NCBI GenBank assembly: GCA_965644315.1 | Contig: CBFFRQ010000069.1 | Location: forward strand, 806,001-870,000 | Source: Caecitellus pseudoparvulus | Lineage: Eukaryota > Protista > Bigyra: Bicosoecida | Direction of reading: 5' to 3' | Length of the DNA stretch: 64,000 bases | In this document: positions 15,201 through 26,000 of the stretch, in pieces | Layout of the letters: every line of letters starts with the position of its first letter | Numbering within the stretch: position 1 is the stretch's first letter | The notes under the pieces: model-generated | The model's input: the letters and a program-made list of their open reading frames with translations, nothing else | The model's database searches: none | What the model was told of the DNA's origin: nothing | Translations under genes and position numbers: made by a program

Positions 15201-18200
15201 CGGCCACTGCCGCCGCTGCGGAAGCCACCGCCGAGCAGCAGGAACGTGTCACGGCGGAAGTTATGGCGTCTGCCACGAAAGACGAAGAGTTTGAGTCAGC
15301 TGTCTTGGCAGCAGTGCGTGCGATCCTTGGTGATGGTGTCACACAGGAGCAGCTGCGTGCGACAGGCGCACTCGCGCGGGGAGGAGCCGATGACGCCGGC
15401 CAGGAAGCAGGAGGTGGTACAGGTGGGGAGGGTAGTACGGCTGCTCACCCCGGGGGCCCTCTCGCACCCCAAGCACCTGCTGTAGTGGATAAAGAGGCCG
15501 CCGCGAAGGTTGCTGCTGACGCTGAGGCGGAGCGCGCCCGCCTGGCCTCCGAGCAAGCTGAAGCAGCTGCCGAGGCGGAGCGGGAGGCTGCAGCTGAAGC
15601 TGAGCGTATGGAAGCAGAGCTTGAGGCCGAACGCCAGCGAAAGGTGGCAGCAGCCCGTGCCGAGATGCAGGCCCGCTTGGATGCCTTGAACGCCGATAAC
15701 ACTGAGGAGTTTGAGCGCATTCGGGCAGAGAACGAGGCGGAGATGGCCCGCGTGGAAGCCACTCTGGATGACCAGAAACGCCTGCAGCAGTCCAAGCTCT
15801 CTGCCCAACTTGCCAAGCGCAAGGCTCGGAAGGCTCGCGCACTGCAGCGGCAGCATGCAAAAGATCTGGCAGCAACTAAAGCGGCGGAGGAAGCCGCATT
15901 GGCCAAGCTGCAAGCTGCCGCCACGGCTAACGGGGAGCGGGAGGCGCTTGAGCAGCTCCTGGCTGACGGACACTCAGTGCTGAGCCGAGACCAGGCGGGA
16001 GCGGCCGTCGAAGCATTGCTGCGTGAGCGCCACACCAAAGAGTCCAACGACCAGCTGGCTACACAATATGCTGAGCGCTCCCGCGTTCTTCGGGAAACCC
16101 TGGAAGAGGTGCTGGATGACAAGGCTGCTGCACGGGAGGAGCTTTTGGAAGCGCTCAAGGAAGCGCACGCTGGCGAGGGCGAGGTGGCCGGTGAACTGGC
16201 CCGCCTGGAGGATGAGTTCAACGTCGTGCAAGCAGACGCTGAGAAGCGCGCCCTGGAATCTTTGGAAGTCCACCACGCTGGTGCTCAGCTGCAGTTGAAG
16301 CAGCGCCAGCTACAGGAGCTCGCCAGTATGCTCAAGGCTGTCGCGCCAGATGACAAAGACCGCCTGGCAGAGGCAGAGGCGGCCCTAGAGGAAGCTGCAA
16401 AGCTGCAGGCGTTCCAGACGAACCTGGAGGCTGAGCGAGCCGAGCGAGAAGCCAAAGCCCAAGCAGACCGCGCAGCTTTGGAAGCGGAGCTGGCGGCTCA
16501 GACAGAGGCTGAACTTGCCAAGCAGGAAGCAGAAATGACAGCTGCTCTTGAGGAGCAGCGCCGCAAGGCTGAGGCGCAGCTGGAACAGCAGCGCGCACGC
16601 ATGCGCGAGGAAGCGGCGATTGCACGGGAAGCTCGCTTGAAGGCTTCACATGCAGTGAATGAGGAAGAACGCGAACGCGTCCTTGCCGAATTCGAGGCAG
16701 CGCAGTCTCGCAAGGAAGAGCGCATTGAGCGTCAACGTGAGAAGCAGCAAGCCAAGCTGTCAGCGCAGCTTGCCAAGCGCAAGCTACGTGCCCGGCGGAA
16801 GGCAGAGGCTGAAAACCGCAAGCGTGTCGCTGAAATGCGCGCTAAACAAGATGCGGAAGCGAAAGCGGCTGCGGAAGCTGCTGAAGCATCCCGCAAGAAA
16901 CTCGAAGGCAGCAAGCCACCCACTCCTGCCATGACGCCTGTTGCTTCACAGTCGGGTGGTGGAGCTGGACCGAGCAAGGCGACGGGTGCCACCCCAGTCT
17001 CCGGAGCCCCTGTCCGTGGGCTGCCCTTGGCGGCCGCCCCTGCGGGTGAGGCGCACTCGCCGGAACCGGGCCCACAGCATGCCATGGGCACGACCGGCTC
17101 GCAGTTGCAGGCTCTACAAGGCCGCCTGGGGAACATTGAAAAGCTGCTCACTCAGCTAAAGTCGGGTGCGACTGGTGCGCCCGCCGAGGCAAGTGGTGAG
17201 CAGGCCGCTGGCCACTTGTTCGTTGACCCCGCCTCCAAAGCAACACCAGTCGAAGGAAAGCTGGAGCCGGTTAAACCGCAGGATTTGCTAGAGCCAGAAA
17301 AGGCGCGCCTGGACATCGGGCGCCGCTTGCTCCGTGCAGTGGGCCTGGACCGCCCGCCTGCTGGCGTGGCGCTGCAGCCTGCTGCTAGCTTGCCTGCGGA
17401 TGACTACGTTGGCAACGCATACCGCGGCACGTATTTCTTTGACCCTAAGATGCGGACTCTGTACATCCGGCGTGCGCGCTTCATGTCCACGGGGGACTTC
17501 ATGGTGGTCCTGGCCCATGCTGTCGCGCACATCAACACTGCCAGCGGCGGCCCTCTCGCAAATGATGGCACGCCCCGTTTCCAAGCGGAGTTCCACCGCC
17601 TGATGCGTGCCTTTGGGCAAGAGCTGTACTCACCAGCCCCTGCCCCAGCAGGCGCAGGAATGTCTGCGAGGAAGCCCAGCCCTGCCCTCAAGCGTGCGGG
17701 GTCCACTCTGGGCAAGCTGCAAGCGGCTGTCGGCCGAATGGGCTCCCTGCGCAACCTGGCTGGGGGTGGCGACGTTGAAGATGACGATGTGGGCGGTGCA
17801 GCACCCAGCACATCTACCTGGGCGGCTGGCAGCCTCCCCGATCGCGTGGCGAACCTGAAGATGTTCCAAGCCAACAGGGAGCTGCAGTCGTACTTGGCCA
17901 GCCTCGAGGCAGATGTCTTGGAAGCAGGCAGCGCAGACGCCGACGCTTCAGATGACGAGGGGGAGGAGGCAGGGGAAGCAGACGCGGCTGCGCTCAGCGC
18001 TGCCGCCGTGGTGGATTATTTGGCGGAAGCGCCCCTGGATCACTCCTCACCTGCGGCGTACGAAGAGTCACTGGCAAAGCGCGTCGCGCACTTGCAGCGA
18101 AGGGTGGATTTCGCCGACCGCAGCATGATCGAGCGCGCCAAAGACGCACAAGAGGCGCGCAGCCGTGTAGAGGAGCTGCAGGCATTGGTCCAAGCTGCGG

Positions 18201-18535
18201 AAGCGCAGGCTGAGGAGGTCGTCGCGGCCGAGGAGGCAGCAGCGCGGGTGGCTGCCGCCGTGGCTCGTGGGGAGGAGCCGCACGCAGAGGATGCGGCCCA
18301 CGCATCACCGGCGACCTTACCGCCACGCTCGGCGGTGCTATCTGAGCTTGCTGCCCACAGGGGAAGCTTGTCCAACGAGGAAAGCTCTGCGCGGGCTGCT
18401 GAGACTGCCGTTGCCCGGCATCGGGCACAGGCGAGCGAGCTCACCAGACTGCTGGACGAAACCAAGGAAGCCCTGTCCGCCTTCCAGGACATGGAGGGTG
18501 AAGAGCAGGCAGCCGTTGCAGCGGCTCGCCCTTGA
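204..18535 (+). CDS. Giant (>6100 aa) type-I membrane protein: ~3200 aa of Cys-rich GCC2/GCC3 (Ephrin_rec_like) repeats, a juxtamembrane beta domain, one TM helix and a ~2300 aa cytoplasmic coiled-coil tail; 5' end lies outside the window
   Basis: Single uninterrupted ORF. CPxGxYC/CxxCPAG repeats run to ~10090. A YPVYVKDSFLNSNPGFDYGPF...FGYTFAQAGTFVF block lies at ~11050-11210. TM LLALLLSALFIILLAVVAGVYIF is at ~11378-11446, followed by an A/E/R/Q-rich helical tail. The ORF-track start at 80 looks intronic (GT at 80, ...cttgccgcag acceptor ending 203). No signal peptide is visible in the window. Confidence 0.88.
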
Positions 18536-18803
18536 GTGGCTTCCAGTGTTCATTTTCTCAATGCAACCCAACCTTTCAGGGGCAAGGGAGCGCTGCGCCC
18601 GGCCAGCAGCACCGTTGAATGGCTGGGCGCATGCTACAACCTTCAAGACTGCCCTGTCAGTCACCCCACCACTGCACATCTGAAAAGTGACATTCTGAAG
18701 TTGCGAACTGCGCCAGCCTGCGCTCCTTCGGCCCACTGCCTCTGCAGGCCTTGTTGGCAAGGCCTCCAGCCGCCGCGGCACTGCACCCCCGCTGCTGGCA
18801 AGC

Positions 18804-20304
18804 ATGGCTGCTGACCCTTCTGGGACCGGCCAAGGGGCAGCGAAGCCAACTGACGGCACCCCGTGGCCTCTTGAGCCCTCTGGTTATGAGCTTTTGAACG
18901 AGATTGGGCAGGTACGTCCCTGAGAGCCGCTGCCTCGCCGCCAGGCTGGCGTGCCATGCCTTGCGTTGGTCTCTCGCAGGGTGCGTTCGCCCGGGTTGTG
19001 AGGGCACGGTGCCCGACCAAAGAGTGTGAGGTGGCTGTGAAGATCATCTCTTTGGAGCGTGTGAACACGAGCATGCAAGACATTCAGGTACGCGCGCGGG
19101 GCCCGCCGCTGCCTGGCACTGCCATGCCCAGGCGAAGCTCCGCTCCTCTTGCCGCGGCGCTCTGGTCAGCAGCAGTTGTTCAGCGCAGCTTCCAGACGCA
19201 TGTTTCCGCTCTGAGAAGCGATGCTTTTCTACTCTAGCTCAGGCTTGAAACCCCGCCTATCCGCAGGGCGAAGTTCGCGGCATGCGCCTGTCCAGGCACC
19301 CCAACATCATGGAGCTGCACTGCTCCTTCGTGGTTGGAGCTGACTTGTGGTTGGTCATGCCCCTCATGGATAAGGGCTCGTGCTTCTTCATCATGAGAGC
19401 CTTGCGTGCACGGGGGGCCATTCGTGAGGGCGAAGGCATCGGCGAGAGGTTCATCTGCATCATCCTCAAGGAGGTGCTGCAAGGGCTGCAGTACCTGCAT
19501 GAGGACGGCCAGGTGCACCGTGACCTGAAGGCTGGCAACATCCTTGTCAACTCAGATGGCCAAGTGAAGCTGGGTGACTTTGGCGTCGCCGGCTGGCTCA
19601 ACGAGTACAAAGCCTCGCGAACCCGTGGCACTGCAGAGACCTTCGTCGGCACGCCGTGTTGGATGGCACCGGAGGTAATGGAGCAGACGAAGGGGTACAA
19701 TGTCCAAGTGGACATCTGGTCCCTCGGCATCACTGCCCTGGAGCTCGCAAAGGGCGTTGCACCTTACAGTCACTTTGCCCCCATGCAAGTCATCATGAAG
19801 ACGCTGCGGGAGCCCCCCCCTTCGCTCGCGACCTATGCTGTCACACCTGGCATGGCCCAGCCTCAACTCTCGTCACAGTTCAACTCATTCGTGGCCAGGT
19901 GTCTCGATAAAGACCCGGAGAAGCGGCCTTCAGCCGCTGAGCTGCTGAAAGACAAGTTCTTCAAGAGAGCTGGCTCGCCCACGGAGCTGCGCGAGCTGCT
20001 CGACCAAGTACCCAGCGTCAGCTCTGGGTCTGCACCCACACCTGCGGATCGCCCAGCTGGGTACGCTGGCGTGGTCTTGGTGGCAGGCGGGGAAGGCGGC
20101 GGGGCCGAGGCGGCCGAAAGCGAGTTCGTCCCTGGCACTACGTGGCGCTTCCCCGAAGACGAGCCCGTGACAGGGGACCGTGTGACGGGAGAAGAAGTGT
20201 CAGCTGCCGTCCAGTCTCTCATCGACTGCGTGTCCCCTCAGGCAGATGAAGAAGATGATGACGGTGAAGGCTCAGAAACCGAAGGTGCAGCTGGAGCTCA
20301 GTAG
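18804..20304 (+). CDS. STE20-family Ser/Thr kinase, OSR1/SPAK (FRAY)-like; 3 exons 18804-18911, 18980-19087, 19267-20304
   Basis: GT-AG introns 18912-18979 and 19088-19266 keep the frame. The spliced product has YELLNEIGQGAFARV, VAVK, HRDLKAGN, DFG and the FRAY-type GTPCWMAPE. Confidence 0.92.
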
Positions 20305-20368
20305 GCACCTCCTTGTGTTTCGCACGTATGGCCTGTAGCTTCCAGTGCGCAATGCATTGCTTGTGCTC

Positions 20369-21608
20369 TCATTCGTGTGCTTTTCCTTCGGCGTGCTCCT
20401 CGTCGCTCTCTTGGGTCGGGCAGGCGCCCTCATCAGCAGCAGGGGTGACGTCTTTGTACGCTTCGTACACCTTCATGTTGCGCATGAACGTGTGCTCAAG
20501 TGGGCCCAGCAGCCGCGTGAACGTGCCACGATCCAGCACTTGGCAAATGACGGGCGTCACAGCGGTCACAGTTGCTGCTCGCGGCTCCTCAGTCAGCAGC
20601 GCGCGCTCTCCAAAGTAGCTGCCGGTGGACAGCCTTGGGCTCACCTCATGTGGAATACCCGCCTTGGTACACTTCACTTCACCTGACTCAATGATGAAGA
20701 ACTCACTGCCATCTTCACCTTCCTGCAAGATTGTTGCCCCGGCAGGAAAGGCGCGCTCTTGCAGCGCATCTGCGACTGTCAGCCGCTCGTACTCAAGGAG
20801 GCCACCGAGAATGGCAACTTGCTCCAGGAACCGCTGGTGGCGCTCCCTCCTGCGGATGGTTGACGCCATGAGTGTCTTCTTGAAGGTCTCCTGATCAAGG
20901 GCCCATGCTGTGGAGTCCACAGTCGCCACCTGTGATGCAAGAGAGAGCTGAAGTGCTGCCAGCCCTGGCATGCTGCACCGCACGGCACTACAGCGCTAAC
21001 TCACGACGCTGGCAGCTCTTGGGGCATTGTACATCAGCGCCAGCTCGCCGAAGCTCGTCCCTGGCTCGCAGTCCATCACCTGATAGCACAGATAATTCAC
21101 AGGTTAGCAGGCAGCGCAAGGCAGTGCCAGCGAGGCCGTCGAAGCGCACCTTTCCGACACCGTCCACAAAGATGTCACAGTGGCCTGATTCAAGGACGTA
21201 GAAGTAATCGCCTTGGTCGCCTTGCTTGATGATCGTGCTTCCCTGAGCTTGGCAGTGCGAGTCACACGTTTCGCAAGTGCCAGGTGCAGTGCCGCCCCCA
21301 GCACTCACGGCGGCAAAAGCCATGCGCTCCATGGCACCGACGATGGACTCTTGCTCAGACTCGCTGAGGGCTTTGAAAAGGATGTTCTCTTGCACCGTAG
21401 TGCGGATCCTGCACGGGCAGGCGCGCTTCCTGTGATGTGCAAAAGGCAGGGCCCTGCGTTGCAACGGCGCTCACCCCGCCTTGTCTGCCTCGCTCTTCAC
21501 CACCACTCTCGGCTGCCACCCAGCCTCAAGGACAATAGGCCGTGCACATACTGTTCCCCTCCTTCCCCTGCGAAGGTACTTGCTGCTCGGCGCTTCCTTG
21601 GCAGCCAT
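20369..21608 (-). CDS. PKAR: cAMP-dependent protein kinase regulatory subunit; 5 exons 21608-21475, 21408-21309, 21242-21150, 21079-21005, 20929-20369
   Basis: Inhibitor site RRGRRGTV. Two cNMP-binding domains with intact cassettes FGELALMYNAPRAASV and FGERALLTEEPRAATV. Four phase-consistent GT-AG introns (66, 66, 70, 75 nt). The start codon is less certain. Confidence 0.92.
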
Positions 21609-22010
21609 TGTGCAGCAGTGGCGCACGGAGCCTTGATACACAGCAGCAGCGGGCACCTTCTCTGGAAAAGCGAGCAGAGAAGGGAGCAGGTTCGTTTCGA
21701 GGACATTGACCTACGCCGGATAAAGATCCTTCCTTTTTGAAGTGACCGCTGAGCTCACGCGCCCCAGCCAGGGGGAGCTAGAGCCGCTCTCGCCACTTGG
21801 GCAGAGCAAACTCTGTGTACGTTGAAATCCATGCAGGGAGCACAGCAACCATGCCTCTCAGCAACAACCCAATTCCGCAAGAATCCCTGACAGAGCATCA
21901 TTTCACACGCTGACGTGCCTTGCAGCAAATTGCAGGCTGCTTCCTGCGGATCCTAGCTTGGTGGCCTCAGCGGTGGTCTATTTCCGCAAGCACGCACCTT
22001 TGCAGGGACC
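21609..22010. promoter_or_regulatory. Probable bidirectional promoter between divergent PKA-R and RabGGT-beta genes
   Basis: The genes are head-to-head ~400 bp apart. No specific motif was identified; the call is positional only. Confidence 0.4.
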
Positions 22011-23057
22011 ATGGCGGCGTACCTCACAGGCAAGCACAAAGAATACATCAAAGCTCTCAGTGACAAACAAGATACCTTTGAGTATGTCGTTACTGAACAC
22101 CTTCGCGTCAGTGGCGCTTACTGGGCGCTTGGCACGTGGCGCATCATCGCTGAGGCAGAGGACTGGCCACAGGAGGAGATGCTTGAGTGGCTCATGACGT
22201 GCTACCATGCCTCGGAGGGGAGCTTCGGCGGAAATTCCGGACACGATGGTCATCTACTGTACACCTTGAGCGCCGTCCAAATGCTGGCCATGTGCGGGGA
22301 GCTCTCTCGCATCGACCCAGACAATGTGGCAGCCTACATTGCCAGCCTTCAGCGAGCTGACGGGAGTTTTGTTGGGGACAAGTGGGGAGAAGTGGACACC
22401 CGTTTTTCCTACTGTGCCATTGCAGCGTGCCAAATTCTGGGGCGACCTGACGCCATCGACACAGCGAAGGCGGTGGAGTTCGTCCTCTCTTGCTCAAACT
22501 TTGACGGCGGGTTCGGCGCTGTCACTGGGGCTGAATCCCATGGAGGGCAGGTGTTCTGCTGCGTGGCTGCCCTCTCGATTGCTGGTGCATTAGATCGTAT
22601 CGATGCAGATGCGCTGGGCTGGTGGCTCGCCGAAAGGCAATGCGACAGTGGCGGCTTGAACGGCAGGCCTGAGAAGCAGTCAGACGTCTGCTATTCTTGG
22701 TGGAATTTGTCGGTTCTCAGCATACTTGGGCGCATTCAATGGATCAACACGGATAAGTTGATGGACTTCATCCTGGAATGCCAGGACAGTGACGGCGGCA
22801 TTGCAGACAGACCAGGAAATGTGGCAGATGTGTACCACACATTCTTCGGCACTTGTGGCCTCTCCTTGCTGGGCCGCCTGGACAGACTTGGAGTGCCTAA
22901 CACGCCCATTAACCCCGTTTACGCCTTGCCTGAGCCTCTGGTTCAAGCAATGAAGCTGCCTCATCAACTTCTTCAAGACCCGCACCGTGCCTTAACCAGC
23001 GCAATGCCTTCGGATGCCGCCGCGCAGCCCACTGAAGCTTTGGAGGGAGCCGGCTAG
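22011..23057 (+). CDS. RABGGTB: Rab geranylgeranyltransferase (GGTase-II) beta subunit
   Basis: EHLRVSGAYW, HDGHLLYTLSAVQ, GDKWGEVDTRFSYC, GAESHGGQVFCC, GGLNGRPEKQSDVCYSWW and DVYHTFFG motifs. No introns. Confidence 0.95.
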   Translation: MAAYLTGKHKEYIKALSDKQDTFEYVVTEHLRVSGAYWALGTWRIIAEAEDWPQEEMLEWLMTCYHASEGSFGGNSGHDGHLLYTLSAVQMLAMCGELSRIDPDNVAAYIASLQRADGSFVGDKWGEVDTRFSYCAIAACQILGRPDAIDTAKAVEFVLSCSNFDGGFGAVTGAESHGGQVFCCVAALSIAGALDRIDADALGWWLAERQCDSGGLNGRPEKQSDVCYSWWNLSVLSILGRIQWINTDKLMDFILECQDSDGGIADRPGNVADVYHTFFGTCGLSLLGRLDRLGVPNTPINPVYALPEPLVQAMKLPHQLLQDPHRALTSAMPSDAAAQPTEALEGAG

Positions 23058-26000
23058 ATCCCGCAACATGCCCGCGACGTTTTACAGCGCTCACCCTGCC
23101 CTCCACGGTCACTCCCGATCCCAGCCTTCACTGATGCAGGAGCCTTTCCCAAGCCCGCGTGGGTGTCAGGGCAGGAGGAGCAACTGGGCATGCCTCCGGT
23201 GCTGTACGACCCAGCAGGGCATTGCCTAGGCTCTACTGAACCCTCTGGACAAAAGTGCCCAGCAGGGCACGAAGCAGTGCAGAACCGAGTGGCAAGACCC
23301 TCCCTTGAACCGTGCCGCCCGGCAGGACACGGAAAGCTTTTGCCGTTGACGCAGAAGCTTCCTTTCGGGCACACTCTTTGACCAGTTTGGAAGCGGGACA
23401 GAGGATCGCTGGATCCGTGTGTATAGTAGCCAAGCTTGGCAAACCTCGGTAGTGCTGAGCCTTCCGGGCAGAACACCGACGCGCCACCGTTCTCGAACAA
23501 AATTCCGGCTATGGTAGTGTTCCCGACTAGCTCTGTCACAGCAGGTGCACGCACGCGCCATCCACTTTCCCAGGCGAAGGTGTAGTTGCCCAAGCTGTCG
23601 TTAAAGGTGCCCCGCATGAATGCAGCCTGAACCATTTGCAGTCGACCGGCCACCTCGCCATCATTGTGGACACTCCCATCAACTGAACTGATCTCCGACG
23701 GTGTCAAAGACGCAAGGCCTGTCTGTGACGCCTTCGTCAACGCCGCAAGTTCTTCCGCCATGCTTAGAATCTGTTGCGCTTGCGAACCAGACAAGCCACT
23801 TCCCCCGAATCCACCAGACACTGCATGACCCAAGCTTGTATGTTGGCGCGCATTCAGGAAGCGTGACGGCACCTTGAGCCCTGTGTCTTGAAGCTGCACT
23901 TCGTCTACGCCAGGCAGCAGCAAGCTGCCGCAGGGGTGCGCTGTCGGGGACTGTGTGCCGGGAGGGCAAAAGTAGCCACTGGGGCAAGCACCTTCGCAGC
24001 TTGAGCTGTTCTCGGCCTTGCGCGATCCCCATCGACCACTGGGACATTGAAACATCACACCTTTAGAACAGAAGTTTCCTGGAAGACAAACTTGGAATGC
24101 TTGCCGGGTTGCGTTCCCTGGCACACTCTCGCCGCTGTGGTCACCGCCGGTGCTGAAGGTGCCGGTCGGGACCGGAAGAGGTGCTGAACTGCCGATGGGG
24201 CAGTACACTTCTGAACCACCACATGGCTGCGCTGTGGGGGTCTTCGATCCTTCAGGGCAGAAATAACCAGCAGCACATGCCCCTGAGCAGCCCTCCGTCG
24301 CAAGCCCGTGCGCTGAGCCGTACCGCCCGGCTGGGCAAGGGTGCCTGGTCCCCCCTGTGCAAAACCACCCCGGCTCACACCGTCGCTGACCAATTCGACG
24401 GTGCGTGGACGTAGACTCTGGCACTGAGTAGAATCCTTTCTCGACTCTAGTTGGTGCTCCGGAACCGGCGGGGCAGAACACAGATGTGGACCCGCATGGT
24501 GACTGGCGCGGGGAAACCGAGCCCCACGGACAGTAAAAGCCTTTTTCGCAAACTCCATCACAGGCAGGGTGTGAAACTCCTTCATGATTTCCGAATCGAC
24601 CAGGTGGGCACTCGAACCGGAGGCCGCCTGTGCAGAAGTGCCCTGGTTCGCATACCTTCTGAGCTTTTCGTTGAACCCAGTCCCCCATCGCTCCGGAGAC
24701 ACACGCCCTGGACACGTCCGAGGATATGTACAGGCTAGATACATCCCCTGTCAAGTCGTGAGCACCAGTGGGTCCGAAATCACCCTCCCGCGGGCAGTGT
24801 AATGGTGCAGCTGGGAACGTGTAGCCGCCACTGTCTGAGGTCCTTCCCCCTTCTGAGTAATGACCGACTTCCACAGGCAGTGGGCGCCCGCTGCCGCGAG
24901 GACAGAACTCCGAGGGAGATCCACATTGTTCTGCTTCATTCCAGGTGCTTCCAGGGGGGCAAAAGAAACCAGCCGCGCACTCTCCAGAGCACGCAGGATT
25001 CCCTTCCCCGGTCCGGCTCCCGAACCTGCCGGCTGCGCACTTTGCCTGTGCCCCGAGCAGGCAAAAGACCCCTTGCTCACACATTTTAATGCCATATTGT
25101 CTTCTTGGCTCCATCGTGGGGACTCCGACGAAGCCAGGGGGTACCTCGCGGGGTTGTGTCGAGCCAACAGGGCAGAAGACAGACGGTCCTCCACACTCCT
25201 GGGCCATGCCAGTGTGGCTGCCTTCCGGGCACCAAAAGCCTGCATGGCATGGACCAGAGCACAGCGGGTCTGTCTCACCACTGCCACTGCCGAAGCGCCC
25301 TGCGGGGCATGGTCTCCTCACACCTGCCACACAGTACGACCCTGCAGGACACCGCCGCTCGGCAGTCTGCGTGCTCAAAGACTGGTCCAACGAAAGTATC
25401 AATTCGAATTCGCCTTGCACCGAGTCAACGAAAGCAAAGGTGCCTTGGCCGTGCAGCGCATGGGTGCTGGCAACGTGGGCCACGGCTGCGACAGTTCCTG
25501 CAGGCAGATCCTGAGCTTGTGGGGACCCCTGTGTCAGCAAGGTGCCGTTGCCGGCGGCTGTGTGGGCCGCTAGAAGCTGCGCAGCTCGCACCAAGGAATC
25601 AAAAGCGTACTTTGATTTGCTCCAATTTCCGTCTTGCGTTCCGATGTCTGTATCCCAGGCCCCAATTAAGTCTTGCAAGGCCACAGATTGACTCGCGAGG
25701 CCTTCCGTTGCTGACGCCGGGAAGGAGTGTGATGCGTACCATTCAGAACTGACAGTTAAGGAGCTGCCTGGCGTGTTCCGAACGCTGAAAAAGCCAGGTG
25801 ACACCTTTGTTGGCTGCCTGCTGCCTTCTGGGCAGAAGACACTTGCTGGATGCTCCAGCCCATACCCACACTCCACAAGCTCTGCACTGGTTCCACCTGA
25901 TATTGGGCAATAGAAGCCTGCCGCGCAAGGTCCTTGACAAGACTGGCGAGTTTCACCCATGCGCTGTCCAAATCGCCCGGGTGGACACAAAGCGGCCCGT

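Noticed and set aside
138-18492. Numerous overlapping alternative-frame and antisense ORFs within the giant gene (e.g. 138-2780)
   Set aside because: Expected from high GC and biased codon use. The products are low-complexity and carry no motifs.
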